Assembly (NCBI GenBank): GCA_964658305.1 | Contig: OZ210885.1 | Location: forward strand, 18,352,001 to 18,416,000 | Length of the DNA: 64,000 bases | Direction: 5' to 3' | Origin: Leptogorgia sarmentosa | Taxonomy: Eukaryota | Part shown: piece after piece, positions 12,944-26,670 of the stretch | Position numbering within the stretch: the stretch's first letter is position 1 | Layout of the letters: each line of letters begins with the position of its first letter | The notes under the pieces: generated by a model | Seen by the model: the letters and a program-made list of their open reading frames with translations, nothing else | What the model was told of the DNA's origin: nothing | The model's database searches: none | Position numbers and translations under genes: made by a program

Positions 12944-15900
12944 TTGAATAGTTTTTACAATCAGAAGATGTCCTTATTAATTGGCAATATATGTTTTGCC
13001 TGGACGGGAGATTACGAGGCCTTGAAGACATTTGTTGCTAACGACTTGAAGTTGAACGGCAATGGGAACAGCCTGGCAGGGATAAAAAAGTCTTCTACTT
13101 TAATAATAACTCAATCACCTGGAGAAGGAATGAAGGCCTTTTACAAGTCGAGGGTGATGAAGTGGGTAACGTAATACAGATACTGTGTGAAAAGATTCTA
13201 AGTGTTCATTCAAATACTAATAAGCCGACCGAATCAGACGCTTCATGCCAGACAATAACAAATACTCCATTGCAGCCTTCTTATGAGAGTACGGACATTG
13301 AATCGGAAATCGAGGGACTCAAAATTAGTCAAGCTGTTGACAGAGAAATTATTTTATCCTTGTCTGACTCTGTTGCTAAAATTGCTGAATTTATAAATAC
13401 TGACATACATAAAGAAACAGTCAGTTCTAGATCGCAAAAGAAGCTATCTAGTGGAAACAATACCACCGTTAAAAATCAGACCACAGTCCCAAACCTGAAT
13501 ATTTTGCATGATTGCCCGGCACCCTCTGAAGCAATTAACATCCTTGATGAGTCTGTGGCCATCGTTCATGATCAATCAACGCCTCCAAACTCAAATAAAG
13601 ACAGTGCAACTAATACCCTGCCTGACCGTACACCACATAATATTCTCAAGCAATCAACACCTAAACACCTAGTGCCATGCCCTTTTCTGCAAAGAAGAGG
13701 CTTTTGCTTGAAGGGTCCTTCGTGCGATTTTTCGCATACCAAGCGCCGACCTTCCAATGTGACGCAAAGACCTCTCCCAAACCCGATGGGCCAGTTTCAT
13801 CCCCCATACCCACCCCAATCAAATTTTTACCACCCTCCTTTTTCAGTGGACCCCCGCTATCTCCCTCCATATCGGCTCCCAGCACATCACCCCCTGGTTT
13901 GCTCACATCTATTTCCACTTCCCTTAATGTCTATACCAACAGGATAACCGTTAGAATAACTAATAGAAGCCATACCAATAACATAACCAAAGAATCCAGG
14001 AACTCTTATTCTTCCTTGATCTACCCACAAAAGACGAACCACATCAAGCCTAACCCATCCTACTTTGTTCCATCTGTAATCTTGTCTAATGTTATGTCCC
14101 TTGCCCCCAAAATTGACGAAATTCGATTGTATGCACAACACCAATCTGCTGACATTATGTGTTTTACTGAGACTTGGCTAAGAAATGTTGTCGATGATAG
14201 TGCAATTCATATCCGAGATTATACTATTGTTCGAAGGGACAGAGCCCACGCCCAACATGGAGGCGTATGTATGTATGTCAAAAGCACTATCCCCTTTTCA
14301 ATACTTGAAGAATACGAGAAGGACAATCATATTGAAGTGTTGTGGTGTAAATTACGCCCAAAAAGATTGCCTCAAGGATTTTCACACCTAATCGTTGGCA
14401 CAATATACCATCCACCTGCCGCAGATGACGTTCAAATTACCAACTATTTAATAGACACTCTGTCAAAAATTGAAAGCTCTATGCCTAACGCTGCCATCAC
14501 ACTGGCCGGTGACTTTGATCGCCTTAACATCACACAATTAACTAGCCAATTTCGTTTGAAGCAATTGGTCAAATTTTATACAAGAGGAGAAAGAACATTG
14601 GACCTTATTTTAACCAACCTCAAATCATTTTACCAAACCCCCAACAAACATTCTCCATTTGGGCTTTCTGACCATTGAACCATATCTGTCATCCCAAAGC
14701 AACGCAAGAAGTCAAGCAACAAAAGAAAAACTGTTATCGTCCGGGATATGCGTCCCGGTTCTAAAGAAGCCTTCGAGAGATTTTTTTTCGAGTCATACCT
14801 GGAACTTTTTAAGAGCATTGACGATAAATATAATTACTTCAACACCATGATATTAACGGGTCTAAACATTATCATGCCAAACAAATCAATCAAGCTGCAC
14901 ATCAACGACGTTCCGTGGATGACTGGCCATCTAAAAGGGTTAATAAACAGTCGCCAAAGAGCCCTAAAAGAAAATAATCAGATACAATTCAGATTTTACC
15001 GCAACCGTGTAAATAGAGAGAGGAAACTTGCCAAAAGTAAATATTATGAGGCCAAAGTTTAAGAGATTAAAGATACCGAACCAAAGAAGTGGTGGTCAGA
15101 ATGTAAACGGTTGTGTGGAATGTCCAAACCAAAGACTGACATTGTTTCGAAGTTACTCGATGAATCCCCAACAACATATGATAAAATCAATCTAGCAAAC
15201 GATATAAATTCAGCCTTTTTGGAACCTCAAGAAAATTACCCAAAACTATCCTCTACCTGCAAACTAGACACAATCAATTATCCAATCCCAAGTGTGTCAA
15301 CAGATTTAATAACCAAACAACTGAGCTCAATCAACGCATTGAAAGCTCATGGTCCTGACAACGTACCCAATTGGATTTTAAAGTATTTTTCTCATATGTT
15401 GGCTCCACCTGTTTGTTCATTAATTAACTCATCATTTCAGGAAGAACAGCTACCACACCTGTGGAAGTGTGCAAATATCATACCTCTTCCAAAAACCTCC
15501 AAAGTAAACGATATTAACTGTGATCTTAGACCTATCTCCTTAACCCCAACAATATCAAAAATAGCTGAAGGCTACGTAGTACAAAATCATGTCAAACCTG
15601 CAGTACTAAAACACATCCGTCCTGACCAATACGGCTGCATCCCCAAATCGTCGACGACCCACGCTCTTGTCAACCTCACCCACCAATGGCTGAAAGCAAC
15701 CAACGGGCACCGTCGCTAATTATGGATTATAAGAAAGCTTTTGACATGATCGACCATAACCTACTGATCTCAAAATTAAAACAACTTGAAATCAACCCCC
15801 ACATAATCAATTGGATTTGTGACTTCCTCAGTAACAGGCAACAAAGGGTGAAGCTAAATAACGACATTTTTTCCGAATGGAAGGAAATCTTAGCTGGAGT

Positions 15901-16934
15901 CCCTCAAGGAACTAAATTGGGACCATGGCTGTTTCTTATTATGATAAACAATTTAGAAATACCTGCCGCAGACGGAGTCGCCATATTTGTTGATGATACA
16001 ACCACCTTCGAAATTGTTGAGAAAGGCAAAACAAGCTCTGCTCAACTAATGGCTGACCAAGTGTCCTTATGGTCAAATAACAACAAATTCCAAATTCAGT
16101 CCAAGAAATGCAAAGACATGAGAATTTCCTTCAAAAAGCATCCGACTATATATGAGAACTTACACATCAATGGAAATACCATAGATATCGTTAAATCCGT
16201 AAAACTTTCAGGAGTCACCTTGCAGGACAACTTGAAGTGGACCAACACGTCGAAGTCATCATAAAGAAAGCATTGAAAAGACTCTACTTTCTGTCACAGT
16301 TAAAAAGAGCGAAGATACATTCAAAAGACTTAGTCAAATTCTATATTACATGTATTCGTTCTATTCTGACATATGCCTGTCAGGTCTTCCATTTCAGTCT
16401 CCCCGATTATCTATGTACAGCACTGGAACAAATCCAGAAACGAGCACTTGGAATAATCTATGGTTACGATACACCTTATAACGACGCTCTTGAAGAATCG
16501 GGTCTCCTCAAACTCGCCGACTACCGATTAAAGTTATGCGACGAATTCTTTGCAAAGGTTTTAGCTAATCCACAAGACAAACTTTTTAAGAGTTTTTTTT
16601 AAACTCTTCCCCACATCAATCAGACTGTAGTTTCATTGAGGAAAGTGAGAAAATTTGACATTGCCACGTGCAAAACGAACCGCTTTAAACAATCTTTTAT
16701 AAACTCAGCTGCTAGACGATATAATGATTTAGGCAGTAACTAAATCCTTTTGACCTTTTAGACCTTTTTAATAGATAACTTACAGTCAATTATATTATTT
16801 AAATGTATATATCTTGAATGTATTAGGCATCCTTGTAATTTAAATTCTAGCATCAACTCTAATTAATGTAAACCTTACTAATTCAGCCATTGCTGTAAAT
16901 AAGGCTTTTTAATAAACGATCTATCTATCTATCT
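12944..16934 (+). mobile_element. Near full-length decayed CR1/L2-group LINE (ORF1 with CCCH finger; ORF2 APE-RT)
   Basis: CPFLQRRGFCLKGPSCDFSH; APE motifs FTETWL, YHPP, LSDH; RT motifs RPISLTP, DYKKAFD, GVPQGT, FVDD; stops/frameshifts; AATAAA + (CTAT)n tail. Confidence 0.9.
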
Positions 16935-17090
16935 GGAAATAACTGATCAAATATTTCTACTAAAAAGTTGAATTGAGCTTCAGCAATTTCTATTAAATGA
17001 AAATATGCATCTCTTTTCATTTTCTGCACTTTCCCACTGAGCCACAATATTAGTTTCATGTTGGAAAAGCGGAATAATCTCATGGAAAAT

Positions 17091-17690
17091 TTATCCCCAA
17101 GCCACAGTGCAAAGCGCCGTCCGGGCGTTAGCCCGGGGCGAGGGTAATAATTCTGCCATAGGGGAGTCCAAAGTTGCTCGATTTGGCGGCCATTTTGGGT
17201 TACTGTGTATGGGTGGTCATCACTGATCTCAAAATTATAGTGGACTATCATGACGAGCCGAAGGTTTTTTACAGATTTTGGTCCTTTGGAAAGGCGAAAA
17301 CAGAGACAAGATCTATGCTGTAACACTTGAAAAGCCTTCTCAGAAGATATAAAACGCTAAGAAAGGGGAACAAACGACTACGGATACAAGATAAGTTCGT
17401 CAGTATGTTGTCGGCAATGAACTTTTGTTTTGCGTACATTTACTATCTACAGTCTACTATTAATTTGTATGAAAGGTCGCCGTAGCCGCATTTAATAAGA
17501 GTATAAGTTTATCTTTTTAAAGGCAAGACTTCACAAAATATTTGCAAACTTTACCCCAAAGAACACGAGCGAACATTGGCTGGAAATTGTTTCATATCAA
17601 AGACTGACTTGAATATTTAATTAAAACGTTTTATGCAAATAAATGTAGTATTTCGCACCAAATTCAAGTTTATATTAGTCCTAATTATGT
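17091..17690. repeat. Copy 1 of ~600-bp dispersed repeat
   Basis: Colinear and highly similar to 20239-20872. Confidence 0.85.
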
Positions 17691-17699
17691 ACTGTTTCA

Positions 17700-19465
17700 G
17701 ATGTCATGGATGCAAGGGCAGTAGAACGGGAATGGAAACGTCACTAATCGTTATCTCCTGCTTTCTTAGCTGTGGGTTTGGCAGTGGGGAATAGTTGAGG
17801 GATGTTGATTCTTTCAGCCTCCTGACTTACGTGATTTACGAACTCTTCGAATGGAGGGAATGTTTCTTTCCCATTGGCTTTCTGATATTTCATCAACTCT
17901 TACGGACCACTAAGCGTTTCTCGAAATTCGCGCCGATCATCGTATTGTTCCCAAACCTTTGTCTAATAATCTTCCTTGCTTCATTATATGCGACCTCCGG
18001 CTGATCGACCATATATTGCAACTGTTCGACAACCTTCTTTGCTCTTCCGCCCAGGTGTTGATTTAGTAAATATAACTTCTGCCTTGCAGGTATTTGAACG
18101 GAGTCTACTAGCGCATCGAATGCATTTTGCCACAAGAAAAAACTGTTTTTTTCTACTTCGGATCCTGTGAAGATCCCCGGTTTGCTCTGTGGAAGACACT
18201 GTTGCTGAGTTATGCATACGAGAGCATCTGCTATCTGCGTAGATACATCTTGCTGCGATGTACGGCAATTTGGTTGTGGTTCAGGTGGTGCTTTCTTATC
18301 GTTATCTGAAGACTCACATCCACTACTTGAATCCTTTTTGGTGGGTTTTTCGTTTTGGGTTGATCTTTTAGTTTGCACTGTTGGGTGCTGTTGTTGTGGA
18401 TACTGCAAACTACAGGTTGTCGGATTTTCGGTTGTTCTGGTTACCTGTGTTGGCTGTGTGCCAATATGGAAGGGTGACAAAAATAAGCTTTCGACTTCTG
18501 ATAACGACGCTGGTCTTTCCTCAGTAGGGTAGTATGGAGATTGGATCAACGGTTTGGGCGTAGGTTGTCGTGGGCGTGGCCATTCAGGGTTTAACTGGGA
18601 CTCAGGGTTTATTTGTTCTGTGGAATTCACGCTATGCATATCATCTGCTTCTTGAATAAAGGTGGCTATGACATCATGTTTCTCTGTGGGTAAATCTGGT
18701 GTGGGTAAGGGTCCTAATACTTTATCTGTCTCGGTCAAGGTTTCGTACACAATCTCTTGTGCCGAGCCTCCTCATACTCTCCCTGCATTTTCAACTGTTC
18801 GAGCTTACGTTCTTGTTCAGATATTATGTTAAGGTATTGCATTCTTTTCGCTAGAGCGGCCTTTTTGGCTTTAAGATTAACTAAGGTGTCTATGCGGCTG
18901 CTACTACTGCTTCGACGTGATGTTATCGAAACTGTCCCGTCCTTTTTAGCGAGCAAAAATACTCTCTGCCTTTCTCGGTTAATTTACGCGCTCGGGCGCC
19001 ATGTGGTGTACTTGCCTGTTCGCAGGCATCTTGTGTTGTATTGTCTGTTGAATTACTCGAATCTTCGAGGGTTTTCTTCATATTTCTGTACCTTTATATA
19101 CTTTAACTATTCTGGACAAGTCTTTGACTGTGACTACCGTCCTGGTAGGGAAAACTGAGCACGGTCCGGCACAGGTCTTACGGTGTGTTATTCCAAATAC
19201 ATCACGACGCCTCCACTTAGAAGTTCGCTATTTATTATTTTAAAACCCCGTCAAACTATAATACAAAACGAATTAACTATTTACAATAAAGATATATAAA
19301 TATAATGGAGACTAAATATACACAACAATACATAAAATATAAAAAAGGCAATGACTTACGACTTGTGTGCCGATATGAAGTGACTTGTCGTAAAATAAAA
19401 CGTGCGAGGTGCCACAAACTAAGTACACAGGTACCCTAAGACGAAACGGCCAGGAGGGTGTTACA
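17700..19465 (-). mobile_element. BEL/Pao retrotransposon remnant (gag plus probable LTR ~19156-19465)
   Basis: DUF1759-like gag FFLWQNAFDALV..KLYLLNQHLGG.AKKVV; candidate TG...CA LTR containing AATAAA on minus strand. Confidence 0.6.
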
Positions 19466-19469
19466 TTGA

Positions 19470-20141
19470 ACAACAGTTTTATTTCCAAATCGCCGGTGCA
19501 ATTCGTCTCCGCCGCCGAATAATTGATCGCGGCCAGGGCAAACCCCGCAATGGATGACTTAGCAGGTTCCTCCACAAGTCCTTGTAAGTACGTAAATTTC
19601 TCTATATCGCTCAAACTCCCGTTTTTATGGATTGCGCTTTCGAATGAGTCCCAGAACTCACACCAGTCTTGGATTTTCCCAGAAAATTTCTGTACTTCTA
19701 ATTTAGGTAGTTTTACTCTAGTGTTATTACTGTTAGGTGGAAAACTGTAACATTGTTTACACAGAAATGTCCAATTTCTTTTTGTTTATTTTTCTCAATT
19801 CATTGTCAATCTTCGCTAATCCGTCGGAAACTTCGCTTATGAATTCTGACGACGTTTCAATCTCGTTTTCGACGTCTTTTTGCTTCTCTAACAAATCGAT
19901 TATCGCTTCGTCCAGTTTTATATAGTCTCGATCTTTTCTGTCAATGTTAATTTAAACCGCGCTAGTTCAACTGCTACTCCCGGAGCATCGCTTCCGAATA
20001 AACTCTTAACTCTTGCCAATGTTTTTGTCGTATATGCATGATGTCTTCTCGACTGTTTCTTCTTCGTAATCTCCGACATTGCCAAACGTGTTGTACTTCG
20101 TTCACACTATTCTTGAATCCGTAATCCGGCTCGAAGGAGCA
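19470..20141 (-). mobile_element. Second BEL/Pao gag remnant with PBS
   Basis: KLPKLEVQKFSG..FWDSFESAIH..SDIEKFTYL; PBS TGCTCCTTCGAGCCGGAT at 20141-20124. Confidence 0.75.
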
Positions 20142-20238
20142 AGTGTCGCGTAACTTAGTGCTATTTGAGTCAAGCTGGTTGCTGCCTCACGATCCAAGAC
20201 ACAAATCAAGTGGGACAGTAGTCCATTTATTTTATTTT

Positions 20239-20872
20239 TATCCCTGAGCCACGGCACGAAGCGCAGTCCGTGCATCAGCCCGGGGCGAGGGTAATAATTC
20301 CGCACGGCTATTTGCACCCGGTAATGGGCAGCATAGCGGAGTCCAAAGTTGCTCGATTTGGCGGCCATTTTGGGTTACTGTGTATGCGTGGTCATCACTG
20401 GTCTCAAAATTATGGTGGACTATCATGAAGAACCAAAGCTTTTTAAAGCTTTTGGGCCTTTGGAAAGACGAAAACAAGGACAAGATCTACGCTGTAACAC
20501 TTGAAAAGCCTTCTCAGAAAATAAAAAACGCTGAGAAAGGGGAACAAACGACTATGGATTGAAACACAAGATAAGTTCGTCAATATGTTGTCGGCAGTGA
20601 ACTTCTGTTTTCCAATTTACTATCTACAGTCTATTATTTGTATGAAAGTTCGCCGTAGCCGCATTTATTCTATTCACGGCTCAATCCCAGAGTATAAGTT
20701 TATCTTTTTAAAGGCAGGACTTCACAAAATATTTATAAACTTTACCCCAAAAGAACACGAGCGAACATTGCCTGGAAATTGTTTTATATCAAAGACTGAC
20801 TTAATTAAACCATTTTATGCAAATAAATGTAGTATTTCGCACCAAATTCAAGTTTATATTAGTCCTAATAAC
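20239..20872. repeat. Copy 2 of ~600-bp dispersed repeat
   Basis: Matches 17091-17690 with a ~30-bp extra segment. Confidence 0.85.
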
Positions 20873-20945
20873 GTACGGATAACAAATGGTTCTCGAAATT
20901 TAAAAAAAATGCCAATAAAACAAAGATAAAAGCATATATTTTGAC

Positions 20946-22211
20946 CAGGGGCGGATCCAGGATTTTTCGTACCTTAGTCAAAAAATTTTCGACACACTCC
21001 GGGGGAGAAACTTTTTTGACAACGGGGGGGGGGGGGGGGGGGGCAAAAAATACAGGCTGCTGCAATGTGCAAAATTTTCCAGGCTAGATCGCTAATTCCA
21101 TGTCTACGTTCCAATCAGAAACGCGAGTCAGATGTTAGATATCGATAAAGAGATCAGATTGCAATGACACATCACACTAGGCCACGTGTGATATTACTCA
21201 GACAAATAAAGCATAACATATAAAATCATATTATAAATATATTCTAAATAACACAACACTCCTACTGTAGTGTTAATACTAGTGTATTTGAATAGTGTAT
21301 CGGTTACTTAATTACCATTCAGCATGGATTAGAACAAGCGAGCGCAAAATTATGCAAATTTAATTGACTATCTAATAGTAATATATCAAGTCTTGCCGGC
21401 TGCCGCAAGCAAGACGCGTAACGCGAGAAATGTATAGACGCTATTTATTAACATGAGAAAGACATAAACCAGCATTATAATAAACAAAAAATACTAATAT
21501 CTTGACCTTATCGCAGTACAGATCTTGTCTTTCCCTTCTCGAGCAGATTTGCAGATGAACGATTCAGCACTATAGTTTCGCCTGAGGCACATGTTTATGT
21601 TGTTTATATAATCGCGCTCAACAACTCTTCGACCGATGGACGTCTTCTCGCTTCAACCTCGCGTTTTAAATCGTCATACATATTTTGAGGGTAGACTTGG
21701 TCGTTTTGCTGAAACGCCGAGCGTACACTCTCGGAAATATTACAAGACATTGTGAAATACTCGCTGTATTCTCTGCTTTGCGTTCAAGGCTCACAGTATG
21801 GAAAAGGCGCTAATACGAGACCAGCTCTCTGAACGTCTGATCGGTCATGATCGATCAAGAAATTACAACCAATGGGAATGAAGATACTCTTTTGTATGAG
21901 CTCTAACACACCCCCAACATGCCCCTAGATCGATCAGACCAACCTCTAGATCGATCAAAACCTGGGTCGCCATGGAGAACTACGAAATGGCCAATCAGAT
22001 TGCGCGAATTTGACATGTGACCGATCAAAACTCACACGCTAGGCCGCTGTTCACTTGTACTGACACAAGATAAAAGATTAATGTGCAACTGTACGAAATT
22101 TTAAACTGGACCGCATTTTCGCACTAGAATAATAGATGAGAAAAAATTTCATAAACTACATTTTTTACATTAGTCGCATGATCGCTTTGACTACCCCTGG
22201 ATCCGCCCCTG
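20946..22211. mobile_element. Non-autonomous hAT element
   Basis: CAGGGGCGGATCCAGG TIRs; perfect 8-bp TSD ATTTTGAC. Confidence 0.9.
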
Positions 22212-23982
22212 ATTTTGACTGTTTTCAAAAAATTACAGAAATATGAATTTCCGATTGTGTTGCCATGAAACAACCTCAGGCAGCCTTTGAAGTACTCGTG
22301 TTCCAAAAATATAGTTTGCAATGTTGCATTAATTGGTTAGTAAGGCAACTGGTTGCTGCATATATGTATTTCTAGTAGTACAACTATTTACACTTGATGA
22401 GTGCATCTCGTTTATAATATCACAGATATACAAAGACCAACACAATTACGCTCACGATTCATTCACTCACTCCAACTCTCCACAATGCGATGCTATCACC
22501 AATATACTGCTACAACACACACTCTTTTATAATACACAAACAGGAATACATATTTTCCTCCCACACATTTCCTCTACGTAAATGGAACACGTTTATGCTG
22601 ACTGTGTTCCTACTTTGTGGTTCATATCTATATTGTTTATAAGTAAATTTAATACATATATATTTTGACATAGACATTTACACATTTACATGGATAGGCC
22701 GTGGGATGAGCGGGCAAAAGATGCTTAGAAAACGAGAATTCCGTTGCACCCCTCGTGGAACTACATAATTTTCACATGAATGAATAGAGAAAAACTTACT
22801 TCATCAGAATCCGTTGCTCCCCAAACGAAACAGGTGCACAATTGGGAGAAAAATGCTCCCAAAGTTTGCTAATTCTGCGCTTTGAAATATTCGAACCGCC
22901 ATTGTTTTGGTAGCAAATACGCATGCGCATGTCTGCCAAATTTGCACTGCGCAGGTGCACAAGACAAATGGGTTTCCCCTGTGGGTTTTCCCTTATTTTT
23001 TCCACTGAGCTGTTATATTATCTTAGTACTCGCAGTGGTTTTTCCCGATTTTACAATGAAAAGAAACGAAAATTGAATTGAATTTTAAAATTTATTTTTA
23101 CTTATTAATTGGAATGGTTTTAACTCCCTATTAATGAGCTTAAAATGAGAAAGCAGTGAATTTTTGTTCTTGCATTGCGCATTAATTGAATTTGTTCAGC
23201 TGAAATAACACAGAATGCGACACTAGCGCTTGAATTCAAAGGGTAGCCTTTTTTGTGTAGACCCACTGTATATGTACAAAATCAAGGAGATTTTCAATAT
23301 TTGTTCAAATGCTTTTATGCTTCCTTGCCTCCCACATCTGGAAATACTGACTCTTGCAAAAACAGAGTTTGTTGCCCGGAAAACCAAACTTTTTCTACCA
23401 AACTCAGAAACATTTGAAAAAACACGGTTTCTCGACTTTCTCCACCTGCCAATGCTGGTAAGTCTACATGACGTGGTGCTATACTGAATCATTCATAAAG
23501 TACATAAATAGATAAGATATGACAAGTGTCTTCGCACGTGGCGCTTTTTCCCATTCGCTGGCTCCGCGACCGATTCGCGAATGGCAAATGAGCGACATGC
23601 ATTGAGTTGAACGAAGTGTGCCAGTTGCGCTTCGGTTGGAGAAATGACAAGTGCATTTGAATTGGAAATGGTTGTTTAACATAAGTCTAGTATAAAATGC
23701 ATGATCGGTTGGCAGCGCGTGTATGGATTGACTCATTCATTCATTCGTTCATTCCATATGACGTGCATACAACAAGGTGTGAGTAATCCAATATTGATTG
23801 CATGGTTATGTATTAGTGTCGAATGACCGCGATGTAGTATCGAGTTACACGTGTTCGTGAAACACGTGGCCTGCAGTGTGAAGAATACATGGAATTGTTG
23901 TCTCGTCAATATACTAGCATGCGCGACGACACTTATATTGGCAGTTTTGAGTGTTGAAATGAGAATGATAAGATGAGGATAA

Positions 23983-24146
23983 AGGGGACGAGCGCGAACG
24001 CAGGTCCCCACTACCAGAAATTATACGCTCGAGTTACCCACATTAGGGGTAATCGCAGGAGTCAACCCAGTCGAAGTGCAATGAAAGGGCCTCATCCTGG
24101 GAGGACCTCCTAGTTGATCAAGGTGCCTCTCGCGTCAGGTAAGTAT
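23983..24146 (-). ncRNA. U1: U1 snRNA
   Basis: ATACTTACCTG 5' end, GATCA loop I, CATTGCAC loop II, Sm site AATTTCTG, terminal stem; 164 nt. Confidence 0.95.
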
Positions 24147-24605
24147 GACTTCATGGCGCATACGATTACCTTTTATACGCTGCAACCGCGAGGAATGCTT
24201 GTGGAACGAATGCATGGGGATGAGTCTGTCTGTCGATAGATGGATCGATCGATCTCTCGGACTGCACCGTGTTTGCACGTTCCGACAATTCTCGACCCGC
24301 ATATTCAATACGAATTAACAAAAAAATCAAAGTATGTAAATCTCATGAACAGCGATGCTGCTTAAGCTTTGTTGGCCAACGAGCAGCTACCCAAGACTAT
24401 TATAACATGAATGTGTTAGGCTGCTTACCATAATTCGTTCGTCGTCGGTCATCGGCACTGAATAATGATGTCATTATATACGTATCTCTTGCCAAATGCC
24501 GGTTCGCGGCGAGGATCTAGCTATCTGTAAAGTCAAGAATAATTTGTTAGAATTTTTTTGAACTGATAATGAGTGAGAAATCTTCCCCCAATAATGAAAT
24601 TGGGG

Positions 24606-24758
24606 GAAGTGGGCCGTACTCGGAGGTAGTGCAATACCGAGACAACCCGTGGCCAGGGCGAAGCAAGCTTCAATCCCATGGCCGAGGTGCAAAAATCAGT
24701 TTAATATATGAGTTAGGACATTGCCTAACATATCAGATATTAAACTGATAAGAACAGA
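24606..24758 (-). pseudogene. U2: U2 snRNA 3' segment (nt 39 to end) of an interrupted gene
   Basis: TCTGTTCTTATCAGTTTAATATCTGATA, Sm site ATTTTTG, loop IV TATTGCACTA. Confidence 0.92.
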
Positions 24759-26670
24759 GTTTCTTATTTTTCAATTTTAGAGGTGATGGATTCCATCCTA
24801 ATACTGTGGGGATAAGCTGATCAGGCTTATTTATATTTTAACTAACCTAGGGCAGGAAATATATATGTAAAAAAAAACAAACCTAAGTGTGTGATACTGA
24901 ATTTGAGATCCATGCAAATTGAAATGTCAGAACAAGAGTGGGGCTCTCTCAAGTCTGAGTACCTAGTGTTCATGTGCCCGAGTGGCTTACGTGTGTGCAA
25001 GTATAAAGGGGGAATAAAAACATAAAAGTTTGAGTCCAAATGAAAAAATAATGGCATGCGTGCCTAGTGCACTGTGTAAAAGACTTAATTAAGGAGAGGA
25101 CTATGCCGAGGCATAGCCCCCGGACTTTAGAATTCTTCTTCGTCATATTCATTGTAGTCTTCATCGTAGAAGGATTCATCGTCTGGGAATTCGTCTAACA
25201 GATCAAAGGGGTGGTTGATGGAGTCTTCGTCATCTTCAAAGAGCGGGTCAAGGCCTTGGATGTAGAAGAGGTGATGTTGAAGGTCTGCGGAGGGGTCCAG
25301 TTTGAGATATTTCAGGGTGGCGGAGAACATTTGGCGGAGGAATTTGGATAGAGGGGAGTGGTAAGTTTCGACACGTTCAAAATCGTCAAGGGCGGTTAAA
25401 AAGAGTTGGCCAATGAGGTAGTCCTTGGTGGAGTTTGAGAGGTGCAGTTCTGGATCTTCAAGGGTATGCGTGGTGAAAAAGAGGGCTGTTTGTGTTTGGA
25501 GGGATTCAATCGGGAGGTTGGCCTTGGTAGATTGTTGTTGGAAAAAGGAATTGCGGTACTTGAGGATATGCGCGGGAAGTTCGTGGCAGGTAAGGAGGTG
25601 GGACGAGGCGGTGCTTTGGTCGTAGATGGGTTCGTGGCAGAGGCGGCAGTGAGGATGGTTGATGGACGGGGGGTCATAGGTCGTGGCAGCATCTTGAGCA
25701 GGAGGAGTAGAAGAGTTCTTTTTGTTTTTGTGATTTTTCTTCTTTCCGGATTGGCTGGTGGAGATGGGTGTGGAGCAAGGGTCAGGATTGGCTTGTGTGA
25801 TAGTAGAGGAAGAGGGGGGGTGAGTTAGTGTCTGTACTGTTTGGGTGGATTCCATCGTAGTGGGAAAATTCTCGGTTGTGGTGTCAGCATCCTTTACAGT
25901 TTTGGAGGGTATGGTAGGAGACTGAACGCCAACATCGGTAGTTGCTGTTTCGGACGATTGGGAGGCGGTTGAAATATACGAGGTGTTGATGGTAGAAGTG
26001 GAGGTATCCCTGGTTTGTTTGGTACTGGGTGTCTGTTCACTTGCGTCCATCGAGGCATTGAGGTGGAAAGGGATTGGCGAGGTAGGAGGTGAGCTAGGAG
26101 GTGTTGCCATCTGTGACGGTGTGGAATAGCCGGAGTCGGTGGAGTTTGAGGGAGAGGGTGGCTGAGGATCATGTGGTGGAGAGTTCCAAGAGAGAGAGAG
26201 CATTGCAGGAGGTGGTCATCTTGTTCGAGGGACCAAGAGGCAGGAGCAGAGTTAAGAGAGGAGAGAGCAGTCAGCACAGCAGCAGGAATCAGCATCGTTC
26301 GGTTTGTGGGTTGTCCGATATTCATAGTCCATTTCATTGCCAGTTTCGTCAGGTTGTTGTCGAAGGAGAGTTTCCACGACAGGGGAGGTCCGTGTGCAAG
26401 TTGCTCGATGGTTGAGCGCAGTAGAGCGGGAATGGGAGAGACGGGCGGTCCGAGAATTCCCGGTTTACACCCGCAAACCCAGTTCCGGCTACTCTCGCCG
26501 GTCATATGCCCAAAGCCTGAAGCTGGTGAGGCCTTCGGCTTGGACATACTCCCTTTGAGAGTAAGCCAACAGGAACTTTTCTTCTACTTCTTTCTTGTTA
26601 GGGCCTTCCTTCTTTTTGCGATTAGTTGGCTGCCTCTTCTTTCTTCCCCAAAGGTCTTCGGTTTTTGTAG
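24759..26670 (-). mobile_element. U2-targeted RT-less insertion with a single ORF
   Basis: Flanked by 20-bp duplication of U2 nt 39-58 (26690-26671 and 24758-24739, one mismatch); A-rich 3' end. Confidence 0.8.
25127..26547 (-). CDS. ~470-aa ORF (one frameshift in a CT/GA microsatellite near 26190): duplicated N-terminal motif, S/T/P-rich linker, C2H2 finger, acidic tail
   Basis: ORFs 25894-26547 and 25127-26203 overlap at the microsatellite; CRLC-x12-H-x4-H. Confidence 0.6.

Noticed and set aside
17091..20872. Direct repeats as the LTR pair of the enclosed BEL sequences
   Set aside because: No TG...CA ends, the PBS is ~100 bp away from the repeat, and the interior holds two different gag fragments
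23223..23492. Possible exon fragment
   Set aside because: No recognisable motif; short ORFs on both strands, other frames interrupted by stops
24759..26670. Dada-type DNA transposon in an snRNA gene
   Set aside because: No DDE transposase motifs; 20-bp duplication at the Keno/Utopia site fits target-primed retrotransposition better
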